Positions 24,643 through 32,000 of a DNA stretch of 32,000 bases are shown here, one piece after another. Position numbers and translations under genes: made by a program. The stretch is from Massilicoli timonensis (GTDB taxonomy: Bacteria; Bacillota_I; Bacilli_A; Erysipelotrichales; Erysipelotrichaceae): assembly GCF_900199515.1 (NCBI RefSeq), contig NZ_LT963434.1, positions 1,832,180 through 1,864,179 on the forward strand. The letters run 5' to 3'. Below the pieces are notes generated by a model. The model saw nothing but the letters and a program-made list of their open reading frames with translations, ran no database searches and had not been told where the DNA came from. Every line of letters starts with the position of its first letter. The first letter of the stretch is position 1.

Positions 24643-25983
24643 ATGACAAAATATTTCGGAACAGACGGCGTCAGAGGACGTGCAAACGACACATTAACAC
24701 TGGATATGGCACTTGCCATCGGGAAGTACATCGGCGCTTATTATGGCAAGGAGCGCCATGCGAAGATCCTGATCGGGAAAGATACCCGCTTATCCGGAAG
24801 CATGTTTGAAATGGCGCTGGCGGCAGGCGCGACCGCAACTGGAGCGAATGTTTATCTGTTAGGCGTATGCCCGACACCGAGCGTGGCTTATCTGGTCGTA
24901 AAGGAAAAGTTTGACTGTGGTGTGATGATCTCCGCCAGTCATAACCCGTTCTATGATAATGGCATCAAATTATTCAATCATGAAGGAAAGAAAATGGATG
25001 ATGCGGTGCTGGAAGAAATCGAAGCTTTTATGGACGGTGAAAGCGAAGTGGAATATGCGATCAATGACGCGCTGGGAACAGCGATCGAATGGCATGAAGG
25101 GCTGGAGCTTTATGAAAGCTATTTGAAGGAGTGTGTGAACTGTGATTTCAGCGGCATGAAGATCGCTTTGGATCTTGCCAATGGCAGCGCTACGGCAACA
25201 GCGGCACAGGTGCTTTCGGAATTGGGGGCAACGCTGGAAGTGATCCATTCTTCTCCTAACGGCGTGAATATCAATACCAAATGCGGTTCGACCCATCCGG
25301 AAGAATTACAGGAGCTGATGCGGGAAAACAAAGGCATGTTTGACTGTGGATTTGCTTTTGACGGCGATGCGGACCGTCTGATTGCGGTAGATGAAAACGG
25401 CGATCTCATTACCGGAGATCATACGCTTTATATCTGCGGTAATTACTTGAAGAACCGCGGTCATTTGAAGGAGAATACGGTAGTAACGACCGTGATGGCG
25501 AATTTAGGGCTGTACAGAGCGTTTGATCGTTGTCAGATCCGTTATGAGAAAACCGATGTCGGCGATAAATATGTATTTGAGAATATGGAGAAAAACGGCT
25601 TTGTGCTGGGCGGGGAACAAAGCGGACACATTATTTTCAAAGAACATATGAATACGGGAGATGGCTTGTTAAGCGCGTTGAAGCTGCTGGAGGTCATGAA
25701 GAAAAGCGGCATGTCGCTGCGGGAACTGAGTGAGGATCTGTTCATCTATCCACAGCTTTTGATCAATGTGGAGGTAAAGGATAAGCATGCGGCTTTACAG
25801 AATGAAGAGCTGCTTGCAAAAATCCGTGAAGTCGAAGCAGAGCTTGGCGAAGAAGGACGCATCCTGGTTAGACCAAGCGGTACAGAACCGCTGGTTCGGG
25901 TCATGGTCGAAGCAAAGACCGATGCTTTATGCGAGCAGTACGTCATGCGCATCGTTGATTTTATCAAAGCGAAAGGATTATAA
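24643..25983 (+). CDS. glmM: Phosphoglucosamine mutase
   Basis: N-terminus KYFGTDGVRG, active-site SASHNP, Mg site FDGDADR, GEQSGH. 446 aa. RBS TAGGAGG. Confidence 0.95.
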   Translation: MTKYFGTDGVRGRANDTLTLDMALAIGKYIGAYYGKERHAKILIGKDTRLSGSMFEMALAAGATATGANVYLLGVCPTPSVAYLVVKEKFDCGVMISASHNPFYDNGIKLFNHEGKKMDDAVLEEIEAFMDGESEVEYAINDALGTAIEWHEGLELYESYLKECVNCDFSGMKIALDLANGSATATAAQVLSELGATLEVIHSSPNGVNINTKCGSTHPEELQELMRENKGMFDCGFAFDGDADRLIAVDENGDLITGDHTLYICGNYLKNRGHLKENTVVTTVMANLGLYRAFDRCQIRYEKTDVGDKYVFENMEKNGFVLGGEQSGHIIFKEHMNTGDGLLSALKLLEVMKKSGMSLRELSEDLFIYPQLLINVEVKDKHAALQNEELLAKIREVEAELGEEGRILVRPSGTEPLVRVMVEAKTDALCEQYVMRIVDFIKAKGL

Positions 25984-25993
25984 GAGAAAACAG

Positions 25994-26024
25994 GGAATCG
26001 ATTGCATAGGATCGATTCCTTTTA
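25994..26024 (+). terminator. Rho-independent terminator after glmM
   Basis: Perfect 9-bp stem GGAATCGAT (25994-26002) / ATCGATTCC (26011-26019), then TTTT. Confidence 0.85.
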
Positions 26025-26147
26025 TATGGAAAAGCTGAAAAAAAGTAAAGGAATCCGGTAGAAACAATGTGAAATTGTATGAAAAAAAAGCATACTCTTT
26101 CTTCTTTCCCATAATTCATATATAATGAATACAAAGAGGTGATGATT

Positions 26148-26807
26148 ATGAAAAAAGTAATTTGTGTTGTAGATGATGAAAAAAATCTAAACGATCTGGT
26201 GGCACAGTATCTGATCAAGGAAGGCTATGAAGTGCGTTCCTACTATACTTATGAAGAGGCGAGCATTCATGTCGGAGATGACGATGTACAGCTTTGGATC
26301 CTTGATATCATGTTGGATGACAAGAGCGGTTTTGATCTGCTTGAAGAGATCCGCCATCAGGGCGCTGAAATTCCGGTCATTTTCATGTCTGCCCGTGATA
26401 AGGAGTTCGATCGCATCATCGGTTTGGAAAAAGGCAGCGATGATTATATCACCAAGCCGTTTTCCCCGAAAGAACTCGTGCTTCGCGTCAATAATATCAT
26501 GAAGCGTACCTATAAATCAGAAAATACCCGTATTACCATTGACAGCTATGAGTTGGATGAAGAACAGCGCAAAGTATTTGACGATAAAGTGGAAATTGAT
26601 CTGACGACCAAAGAATTTGATTTACTGATGATGTTTATCAAAAACAAAGGCATCGCTTTCAGTCGTGAAAAAATCTTGGAAAATGTATGGGAAGATAATT
26701 ATTTCGGAAGCGATCGGGTCGTTGATGATACACTGCGGCGATTGCGTAAAAAACTGCCGAAGCTTAACATTCATACCATCTATGGATATGGCTATCGTCT
26801 GGGATAA
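26148..26807 (+). CDS. OmpR-family response regulator
   Basis: The receiver domain has DDE at the N-terminus, LWILDIMLDD (phospho-Asp) and a conserved K (ITKPF). The C-terminus is a winged-helix Trans_reg_C domain (IHTIYGYGYRL). Start ATG 26148 follows AGAGGTG; TATAAT lies at 26121-26126. Confidence 0.9.
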   Translation: MKKVICVVDDEKNLNDLVAQYLIKEGYEVRSYYTYEEASIHVGDDDVQLWILDIMLDDKSGFDLLEEIRHQGAEIPVIFMSARDKEFDRIIGLEKGSDDYITKPFSPKELVLRVNNIMKRTYKSENTRITIDSYELDEEQRKVFDDKVEIDLTTKEFDLLMMFIKNKGIAFSREKILENVWEDNYFGSDRVVDDTLRRLRKKLPKLNIHTIYGYGYRLG

Positions 26808-26810
26808 ACA

Positions 26811-28232
26811 ATGAGAAAGTTCAATACTTGGGTTGAACATCTTTCCCTTTCGCAGCAGCTTTTTTCTCTCATCTTCGTATTTATCACTTTTTTCTGTTGT
26901 TTCTTCTTTATCTATCTGAATGGAAATATCAATGAAGTGATCAAAAGTCAGGCGTACAGCTCATTGGAGCGGGAGCAGGAAACCTTTCGCGGCTTGATCG
27001 AGAACAGTGATACGACATGGCAGAAGCTGCTATTAAACGGCAGTCTGGAAAGTACCTTCCAGCACTTTATGATCACTGATGCCAATACCAGCAATCCTCA
27101 GTTACAAATCGTAGCGAATAATGCACAGCAGGCAAATGAAGTGATCAGCACCGATCTGTTGAAGCACATTGAAAAAAGCATCAACCAGATGGATGGGGCA
27201 GATGCCAAAGCTTTTGAATATCATGGCGATAATACGACAACGTATTACCGCATCATGGCGATTACCGATGATAAATGGCTGCTTACGCTCAATGATAATA
27301 AGTATCAGGAATTATTGAAGGACAGCCTGCTCAGCAGTGTGGTCAATATTACGGTCGTGGTGGTAGGCGTATTCTTTGTGATCTTGATGATCTGGATGGC
27401 TGCTTTGATCCACCCGCTGAATCAGATCCGTAACTATATCGACAAGGTGAAAAACGGCGAAGATGCACAGTTAAAGATCAATCGACAGGATGAAATCGGT
27501 GCCTTGGCGCGGGCTTTGGTCGATATGCGGCAGGAATTGCAGCGACAGGAAAAGACCAAAGAAGAAATGATCCATAATATCTCGCATGATCTGAAAACGC
27601 CGATTGCGACGATCAAGTCTTATGGGGAAAGCATAAAAGACGGTATTTATCCGTATGAAACATTGGAAAAGAGCGTAGATGTCATCATCAATAATGCCGA
27701 CCGGCTTGAAAAGAAAGTGCATTCTCTGCTTTATCTCAACCGTGTGGAATATCTGGTATCACAGGATATCGAAGGTGCGCTTACCGATATGAATGTGGTC
27801 ATCGACAATGTGATATTGTCGATCAAAGCCATTCGTGATGATGTGGTCATCGAAACAGATTTACAGCCGGAAGTCTTTTTTACCGGTTTAGAGGAATCTT
27901 GGCGGGTAGCGATCGAAAATATTTTGGAAAATGCGCTGCGCTATGCAAAGTCGAAGATCAAAATCGTTTTACGTGAAGACGAGGTGGCGATTTCCAATGA
28001 TGGTCCGAGCATGAGTGAAGAGCGGATCGCAGCTTTGTTTAAGCCGTTTGAAAAGGGACAGGATGGACAGTTCGGATTAGGTCTTTCCATTGTGGCAAAG
28101 GTCGTTCATGCCAACGGTTATACGGTCAGCGGTGAGAATACAAGCGATGGCGTCATCTTCAGAATGAGCAAGGTGGAACGCAAGGAAAAGAAAGAAACGA
28201 AACGACGCGCAAAAGACAATAAAACAGCATAG
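26811..28232 (+). CDS. Sensor histidine kinase (2 TM, extracytoplasmic sensor domain, HAMP, HisKA, HATPase_c)
   Basis: H-box HNISHDLKTPIATI, N-box ENILENALRYA, G-boxes SNDGPSM and GLGLSIV. TM helices lie at about aa 15-35 and 175-200. Confidence 0.9.
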   Translation: MRKFNTWVEHLSLSQQLFSLIFVFITFFCCFFFIYLNGNINEVIKSQAYSSLEREQETFRGLIENSDTTWQKLLLNGSLESTFQHFMITDANTSNPQLQIVANNAQQANEVISTDLLKHIEKSINQMDGADAKAFEYHGDNTTTYYRIMAITDDKWLLTLNDNKYQELLKDSLLSSVVNITVVVVGVFFVILMIWMAALIHPLNQIRNYIDKVKNGEDAQLKINRQDEIGALARALVDMRQELQRQEKTKEEMIHNISHDLKTPIATIKSYGESIKDGIYPYETLEKSVDVIINNADRLEKKVHSLLYLNRVEYLVSQDIEGALTDMNVVIDNVILSIKAIRDDVVIETDLQPEVFFTGLEESWRVAIENILENALRYAKSKIKIVLREDEVAISNDGPSMSEERIAALFKPFEKGQDGQFGLGLSIVAKVVHANGYTVSGENTSDGVIFRMSKVERKEKKETKRRAKDNKTA

Positions 28233-28259
28233 AAGTCCATGTGAAAGCATGGGCTTTTT
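28233..28259 (+). terminator. Rho-independent terminator after the kinase gene
   Basis: AAGTCCATG (28233-28241) / CATGGGCTT (28248-28256), one G:U pair, then a T-run. Confidence 0.75.
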
Positions 28260-28260
28260 A

Positions 28261-28281
28261 TTGCACTTGAAAAAGGTGCAA
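28261..28281. promoter_or_regulatory. Palindrome TTGCAC-N9-GTGCAA (copy 1)
   Basis: Read directly: TTGCAC 28261-28266 and GTGCAA 28276-28281. The left half could also serve as a -35, since TATGAA lies 16 nt downstream. Confidence 0.45.
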
Positions 28282-28297
28282 GTATGAAAGAAATTTA

Positions 28298-28318
28298 TTG
28301 CACTAACAAAACGTGCAT
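28298..28318. promoter_or_regulatory. Palindrome TTGCAC-N9-GTGCAT (copy 2, one mismatch)
   Basis: TTGCAC 28298-28303 and GTGCAT 28313-28318. Its centre lies 37 nt from the centre of copy 1, and it is upstream of the SIS gene. Confidence 0.45.
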
Positions 28319-28378
28319 CTTTTTATCTGTGAAAACATGCCATTGCTTTCTAAAATAAAGTCAGAAAGGAGATGGAAT

Positions 28379-29101
28379 ATGTATCAGGAAATCTTTCAGA
28401 CAGGGCTTACGGTCGTAAACAAGATCAGGCAGACACAGCAGAAAGCAATCGAGACCAGCGCACACTTGATTGCTGATGCTTTTGTCAATGGACATACTTT
28501 CTATGTGAGTGGCAGCGGACATTCGCATACCGTATGTGAAGAATTTTATGGTCGTGCCGGGGGATTGGCGTTCTGTGTTCCGATTTTGACCTCAGAGCTG
28601 ACGATGACGGAACATCCGACTAAAAGCTCCTATATTGAAAAGCTAAGCGGCTATGCAGCAATCTTAGGTAAACTTTATCACATTCAAAAAGACGATGTCG
28701 TGCTGCTCGCTTCAAATTCCGGAAGGAATGCTTATCCGGTAGAATTAGCACAGTATGCAAAAGAAAAGGGTGCTAAGGTGATTGCGATTACTTCGCGTAG
28801 TCATAGTGAAGCAACTCCTTCGCGTGCACCCAGCGGAAAGAAACTGATGGAAGTAGCAGATGTCGTGATTGACAACTGCGGGGAACTGGGCGATGCGGCG
28901 CTCAGTGTACCGGGATGTGCAACTAAAATGATGCCGACCTCTTCCATTGCCAATGCATTTATCGTACAAGCGATCAGCGTATTAGCGGCAGAAAAAATTG
29001 CTGCACTCGGTATAGAACCACCGGTTTTTGTGAGTTTGAACGGATTGGCGGATCAAAGTGTCAACGATGCACTTTATCGTCAATACACACGGCTTTACTA
29101 A
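28379..29101 (+). CDS. SIS-domain protein (UPF0309-like sugar-phosphate isomerase/deglycase-type)
   Basis: Start ATG 28379 follows GAAAGGAG. FYVSGSGHSHTVCEEFYGRAGGL matches the SIS nucleotide/sugar-phosphate-binding fold. The 28313 start in the ORF track is an extension. It lies in an operon with PTS genes. Confidence 0.75.
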   Translation: MYQEIFQTGLTVVNKIRQTQQKAIETSAHLIADAFVNGHTFYVSGSGHSHTVCEEFYGRAGGLAFCVPILTSELTMTEHPTKSSYIEKLSGYAAILGKLYHIQKDDVVLLASNSGRNAYPVELAQYAKEKGAKVIAITSRSHSEATPSRAPSGKKLMEVADVVIDNCGELGDAALSVPGCATKMMPTSSIANAFIVQAISVLAAEKIAALGIEPPVFVSLNGLADQSVNDALYRQYTRLY

Positions 29102-29117
29102 AAAACAACATGGTCGA

Positions 29118-29137
29118 TTGCACGAATATTGGTGCAA
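29118..29137. promoter_or_regulatory. Palindrome (A)TTGCAC-N8-GTGCAA(T) (copy 3)
   Basis: TTGCAC 29118-29123 and GTGCAA 29132-29137. The flanking A/T extend it to 7-bp arms. It sits in the SIS-IIB intergenic region, ~100 nt upstream of the IIB start. Confidence 0.45.
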
Positions 29138-29239
29138 TCATTTACCTATCTCAATCAAGTATTCTATTCTAAAATAAAAATAGATTCCCTATATTCACAT
29201 TTGGGGGCGTGGATCGAATCAATACTGAGGAGGCAAAAC

Positions 29240-29731
29240 ATGATAAAGGTATTGCGTGTAGATGATCGCCTGCTTCATGGACAAGTTGCACAGAGCTGGA
29301 CATCATTTTATCGGATCGATAAGATTTTTATTATCAATGATGAGATCGTAAATGATGAGTTTTCTAAGATTACGCTGAACTTAGCAAAACCCAAGAACGT
29401 AGAACTGCTGTTTTTCGAATTGGACAACTGTAAAGATGCACTGCTTGAAGCGCTGATCAATGATGATCGTGTCATGGTGATCGTTGAAAACTTTTATGAC
29501 GTATGGATCGTACATGAGATCTTGCCAACCATTCATTCCATCAATATCGGCGGCTATCGCAATAAAGCAGATCAGGATACAGTTGCGCTCAATCGTTTCG
29601 TCATTTTGCGGAAAAAAGATATTGAGATTTGTAAAAAACTGTTAAACAAAGGAATCAAATTAGAAATCAGACAAATTCCGGCAGAGAAGGAACAGCTGAT
29701 TGACCTAAGTGATACCGAGTATGAGCAGTAA
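29240..29731 (+). CDS. PTS mannose/sorbose-family EIIB component
   Basis: Start ATG 29240 follows GAGGAGG. The N-terminus MIKVLRVDDRLLHGQV contains the phospho-His motif (DDRLxHGQV). Confidence 0.9.
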   Translation: MIKVLRVDDRLLHGQVAQSWTSFYRIDKIFIINDEIVNDEFSKITLNLAKPKNVELLFFELDNCKDALLEALINDDRVMVIVENFYDVWIVHEILPTIHSINIGGYRNKADQDTVALNRFVILRKKDIEICKKLLNKGIKLEIRQIPAEKEQLIDLSDTEYEQ

Positions 29732-30119
29732 TACAAAAATTTTGGTGCTGACACATCAACAATTAGGAAAAGTGCTGTTAAAGACAGCTGCCTCATTTGT
29801 GGATATTGAAGATTGTGAATGGTATGGATTGTTTGAAGATGACAATATAAAAGTATTGCGTTGTTTGTTAAAAGAAAAAATAGCAGAAGCGGAAGATGTT
29901 CTGGTATTGACCGATATGCTTTCTGCTGCTACTACCCAGATTGCGGCAACTTTATTACCGAGGGGGAAAATTGAGATTGTCAGCGGGGTAAACTTGGCAA
30001 TGCTCATTTATGCGATTCGTGAAAGAAATTTTTATGATGTTACGGATTTAGCAGAAAAAGCAAAGCAGGCAGCTTTAGAGGATATTGTCAATGTGCGCAA
30101 GCGAATGAATGAAGAATAG
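29721..30119 (+). CDS. Divergent PTS EIIA(Man)-like protein (paralog 1)
   Basis: KILVLTHQQLG retains the N-terminal His. The D-x-x-GGSP region is degenerate (TDMLSAATT). VSGVNLAML resembles the AGVN(I/L)PML motif. The start is ATG 29721 or GTG 29709, and either overlaps the IIB 3' end. Confidence 0.65.
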   Translation: MSSNTKILVLTHQQLGKVLLKTAASFVDIEDCEWYGLFEDDNIKVLRCLLKEKIAEAEDVLVLTDMLSAATTQIAATLLPRGKIEIVSGVNLAMLIYAIRERNFYDVTDLAEKAKQAALEDIVNVRKRMNEE

Positions 30120-30140
30120 GCAGAGGAAGGAGAGAAATAC

Positions 30141-30563
30141 TTGTACGAGATGCTGATATTATCACACGGTGCTTTAGCAAGCGGGTATTATCAGACAATG
30201 AAGATGATCTTAGGAGAAGAACCGAATCTTACATATTGTGCGCTGGAAGAAGGTGAATCAAGTGAGGAGCTGGAGCATAAGCTTGCTTCCATTATCGACT
30301 GGGGAAGCGGTTCACCGTTGCTTGTCATGGCAGATATTTACAGCGGATCACCATGCCGTACTGCAATCATGCACCTATTTAAGGCAAAAAAAGAGTGCTA
30401 TTTGATTGCCGGCATCAATTTACCACTGGTCATGGAAGCTTATATGCAAAGGAACAGTGACTTACAAACGGTGTTGGATCATCTTGTCGAAACCGCGAAA
30501 GACAATGTGATAAATGTGAATGAACGATTATTAAAAGTAAAAGAAAACAGTGAAGATGAATAG
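30141..30563 (+). CDS. PTS mannose-family EIIA component (paralog 2, canonical)
   Basis: TTG 30141 lies 8 nt after AAGGAG. Motifs are LILSHGALASG (active-site His), ADIYSGSP and IAGINLPLVMEA. Confidence 0.85.
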   Translation: MYEMLILSHGALASGYYQTMKMILGEEPNLTYCALEEGESSEELEHKLASIIDWGSGSPLLVMADIYSGSPCRTAIMHLFKAKKECYLIAGINLPLVMEAYMQRNSDLQTVLDHLVETAKDNVINVNERLLKVKENSEDE

Positions 30564-30574
30564 GAGATGAAATA

Positions 30575-31351
30575 ATGGAAAGTCTAAATTTTATACAGAT
30601 TATATTATTAACATTGTATGCTTTTATCGCAATCAATGATGCGATCCACATGGATTTCGGATTAAACAGACCTTTGATTGCCGGCTGCTTTGCCGGATTT
30701 GTAATGGGAGATCTTGCGTTTGGATTAAGTGTTGGTGCAACACTGCAGTTGATGGTGCTTGGTGTTTCTTCCTTCGGTGGTTCTTCGCTTCCTGATTTCA
30801 TGAGTGCGGCACTGATTGGAACCGCGCTTGGCACGATCAGCGGAAAAGGAGTGGAATTTGGTATCGGCTTGGCAGTGCCGGTAGGTATGCTACTGGTGCA
30901 GCTTGATGTATTTGCCCGTTTTGCAAACACTTTCTTTCAGCACCGTGCGGATCGCTATATGGAAAGCGTTAATATCAAAGGTATTGAACGCATGAATGTG
31001 TTGGGGGTATTCTGCTGGGGCTTATCTCGTGCCATTCCGGTATTTTTATGCCTGGTATTAGGCAGTGAATTGGTACAAAATTTTGTCGCTTATTTCCCGG
31101 ACTGGCTAAGCGCAGGCTTAAAGGTAGCAGGCGGACTGTTGCCGGTTGTCGGAATCGCAATCTTATTAAAGTATCTGCCTACTAAAAAATATACTGCTTA
31201 TCTGCTGATCGGCTTTGTATTGGCAGCATATCTAAGTATGCCGATGCTCGGGGTAGCACTTGTCGGAGCAGCATTAGCCTTGATGGCTTATCGTAAAAGT
31301 GGGGAAAAAGAATTGGTAAAGTCAATGGAAGGAGCGGATGAAGATGAGTAA
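30575..31351 (+). CDS. PTS mannose-family EIIC component
   Basis: RBS AGGAG lies 7 nt upstream. It is a 258-aa polytopic membrane protein with an EIIC-Man-like N-terminus (IQIILLTLYAFIAINDAIHMDFGLNRPLIAG). Confidence 0.85.
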   Translation: MESLNFIQIILLTLYAFIAINDAIHMDFGLNRPLIAGCFAGFVMGDLAFGLSVGATLQLMVLGVSSFGGSSLPDFMSAALIGTALGTISGKGVEFGIGLAVPVGMLLVQLDVFARFANTFFQHRADRYMESVNIKGIERMNVLGVFCWGLSRAIPVFLCLVLGSELVQNFVAYFPDWLSAGLKVAGGLLPVVGIAILLKYLPTKKYTAYLLIGFVLAAYLSMPMLGVALVGAALALMAYRKSGEKELVKSMEGADEDE

Positions 31352-32000
31352 AATTTCATTGCAGGATATTAAAAAAGTACGTTATCGTTGGTTGTTGCTT
31401 GGTGAAGCCGCATGGAACTATGAAAAAATGCAGGGATTGGGATACTGTTATTCAATGATTCCGGTGCTGAAGAAACTATATCCGGATGAAGCAGATATGA
31501 AAAAAGCATTGCAAACGCATTTACAGTTCTTTAATACACATCAGGAATTTGCGGAGATCATTTTAGGAATTGACATCGCGATGGAAGAAAAAGAAGGTGC
31601 TGCTTCACTAGAGGCGGTATCGGCGATCAAAACTGGATTGATGGGTCCGCTTGCCGGTATCGGTGATACGCTGTTTGGTGTCATTGCCAATACGATCTTT
31701 TTCTCAGTTGGCTCTTATATGGCGCTGGAAGGGAATCCGATTGGTATCTTCCTGTATTTGATCTGGGGCGTCGTACGTGTTATCATGCGTGGTTATTTCA
31801 TTCGCATCGGTTATCGGGAAGGAACAAAACTTATTGAAAATTTAGGCGATAAAATGAATCGTGTAACCGAAGCCGCAAGTATCTTAGGATTAACGGTGGT
31901 TGGAGCGCTGATTCCAAGTGTGGTAAGTGCTAATGTGCCGTTTGTGTTTAAGAGCGGCGAAGTAGAGATGGAGCTGCAGGCGATCTTGAATCAGATCATG
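31344..32000 (+). CDS. PTS mannose-family EIID component (3' end outside the window)
   Basis: ATG 31344 follows GGAGCGG and overlaps the IIC end by 8 nt. WNYEKMQGLGYCYSMIPVLKKLY and HLQFFNTH are EIID hallmarks. The frame stays open to nt 32000, so it is not in the ORF track (no stop). Confidence 0.85.
   Translation, partial: MSKISLQDIKKVRYRWLLLGEAAWNYEKMQGLGYCYSMIPVLKKLYPDEADMKKALQTHLQFFNTHQEFAEIILGIDIAMEEKEGAASLEAVSAIKTGLMGPLAGIGDTLFGVIANTIFFSVGSYMALEGNPIGIFLYLIWGVVRVIMRGYFIRIGYREGTKLIENLGDKMNRVTEAASILGLTVVGALIPSVVSANVPFVFKSGEVEMELQAILNQIM

Noticed and set aside
28233-29239. Sigma-54 (-24 TGGCAC / -12 TTGCA) promoter upstream of the SIS/PTS genes
   Set aside because: TTGCA-containing strings are present, but none has a GG element at the required 12-nt register. 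No LevR-type activator is in the window.
1-32000. CRISPR arrays, rRNA genes, IS elements, toxin-antitoxin pairs or known defence-system genes
   Set aside because: No spaced direct-repeat arrays, no transposase or integrase-like ORFs and no nuclease/ATPase/helicase defence signatures were recognisable in any frame.

Overview
The window is a coding-dense chromosomal segment from a low-to-moderate GC Gram-positive (Bacillota-type) genome. Supporting signs are CCA-encoded tRNAs, a PyrR attenuator, the cdaA-cdaR-glmM operon, ECF and PTS transporters, and AGGAGG-type RBSs. Left to right it contains: a 5'-truncated TPR-like regulator, then a 40-aa secreted-peptide ORF and two exported proteins. A MacB/FtsX-type ABC system follows, whose 1065-aa permease carries a ~250-aa coiled-coil insert, plus a 497-aa membrane protein. 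Next is a divergent ECF S-component / MocR(PdxR-like) pair, then a tRNA operon (Arg-CCT, Arg-CCG, Leu-GAG). Then come a small membrane protein, a DUF1461/TIGR01906 (Lit-like) membrane protein, maf, tRNA-Thr(GGT) and an alpha/beta hydrolase. A second MacB-type ABC pair lies on the minus strand. After it is a BspA/DUF285-type LRR surface-protein gene interrupted by a G11 tract, a hypothetical protein, a PyrR attenuator with pyrB, an unlisted YjzC-like small gene and tRNA-Glu(CTC). The right end holds a Cof-type HAD hydrolase, cdaA-cdaR-glmM, an OmpR/HisKA two-component system, and a SIS + mannose-family PTS operon (IIB, two IIA paralogs, IIC, partial IID). I saw no rRNA, CRISPR array, transposase, integrase or recognisable defence genes. 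The most interesting signals are: (1) the poly-G candidate phase-variation switch; (2) the candidate RNPP-like regulator/pro-peptide cassette at the left edge; (3) a TTGCAC-N8/9-GTGCAA palindrome present three times around the SIS/PTS operon. All functional calls rest on motif recognition by eye, with no database search.
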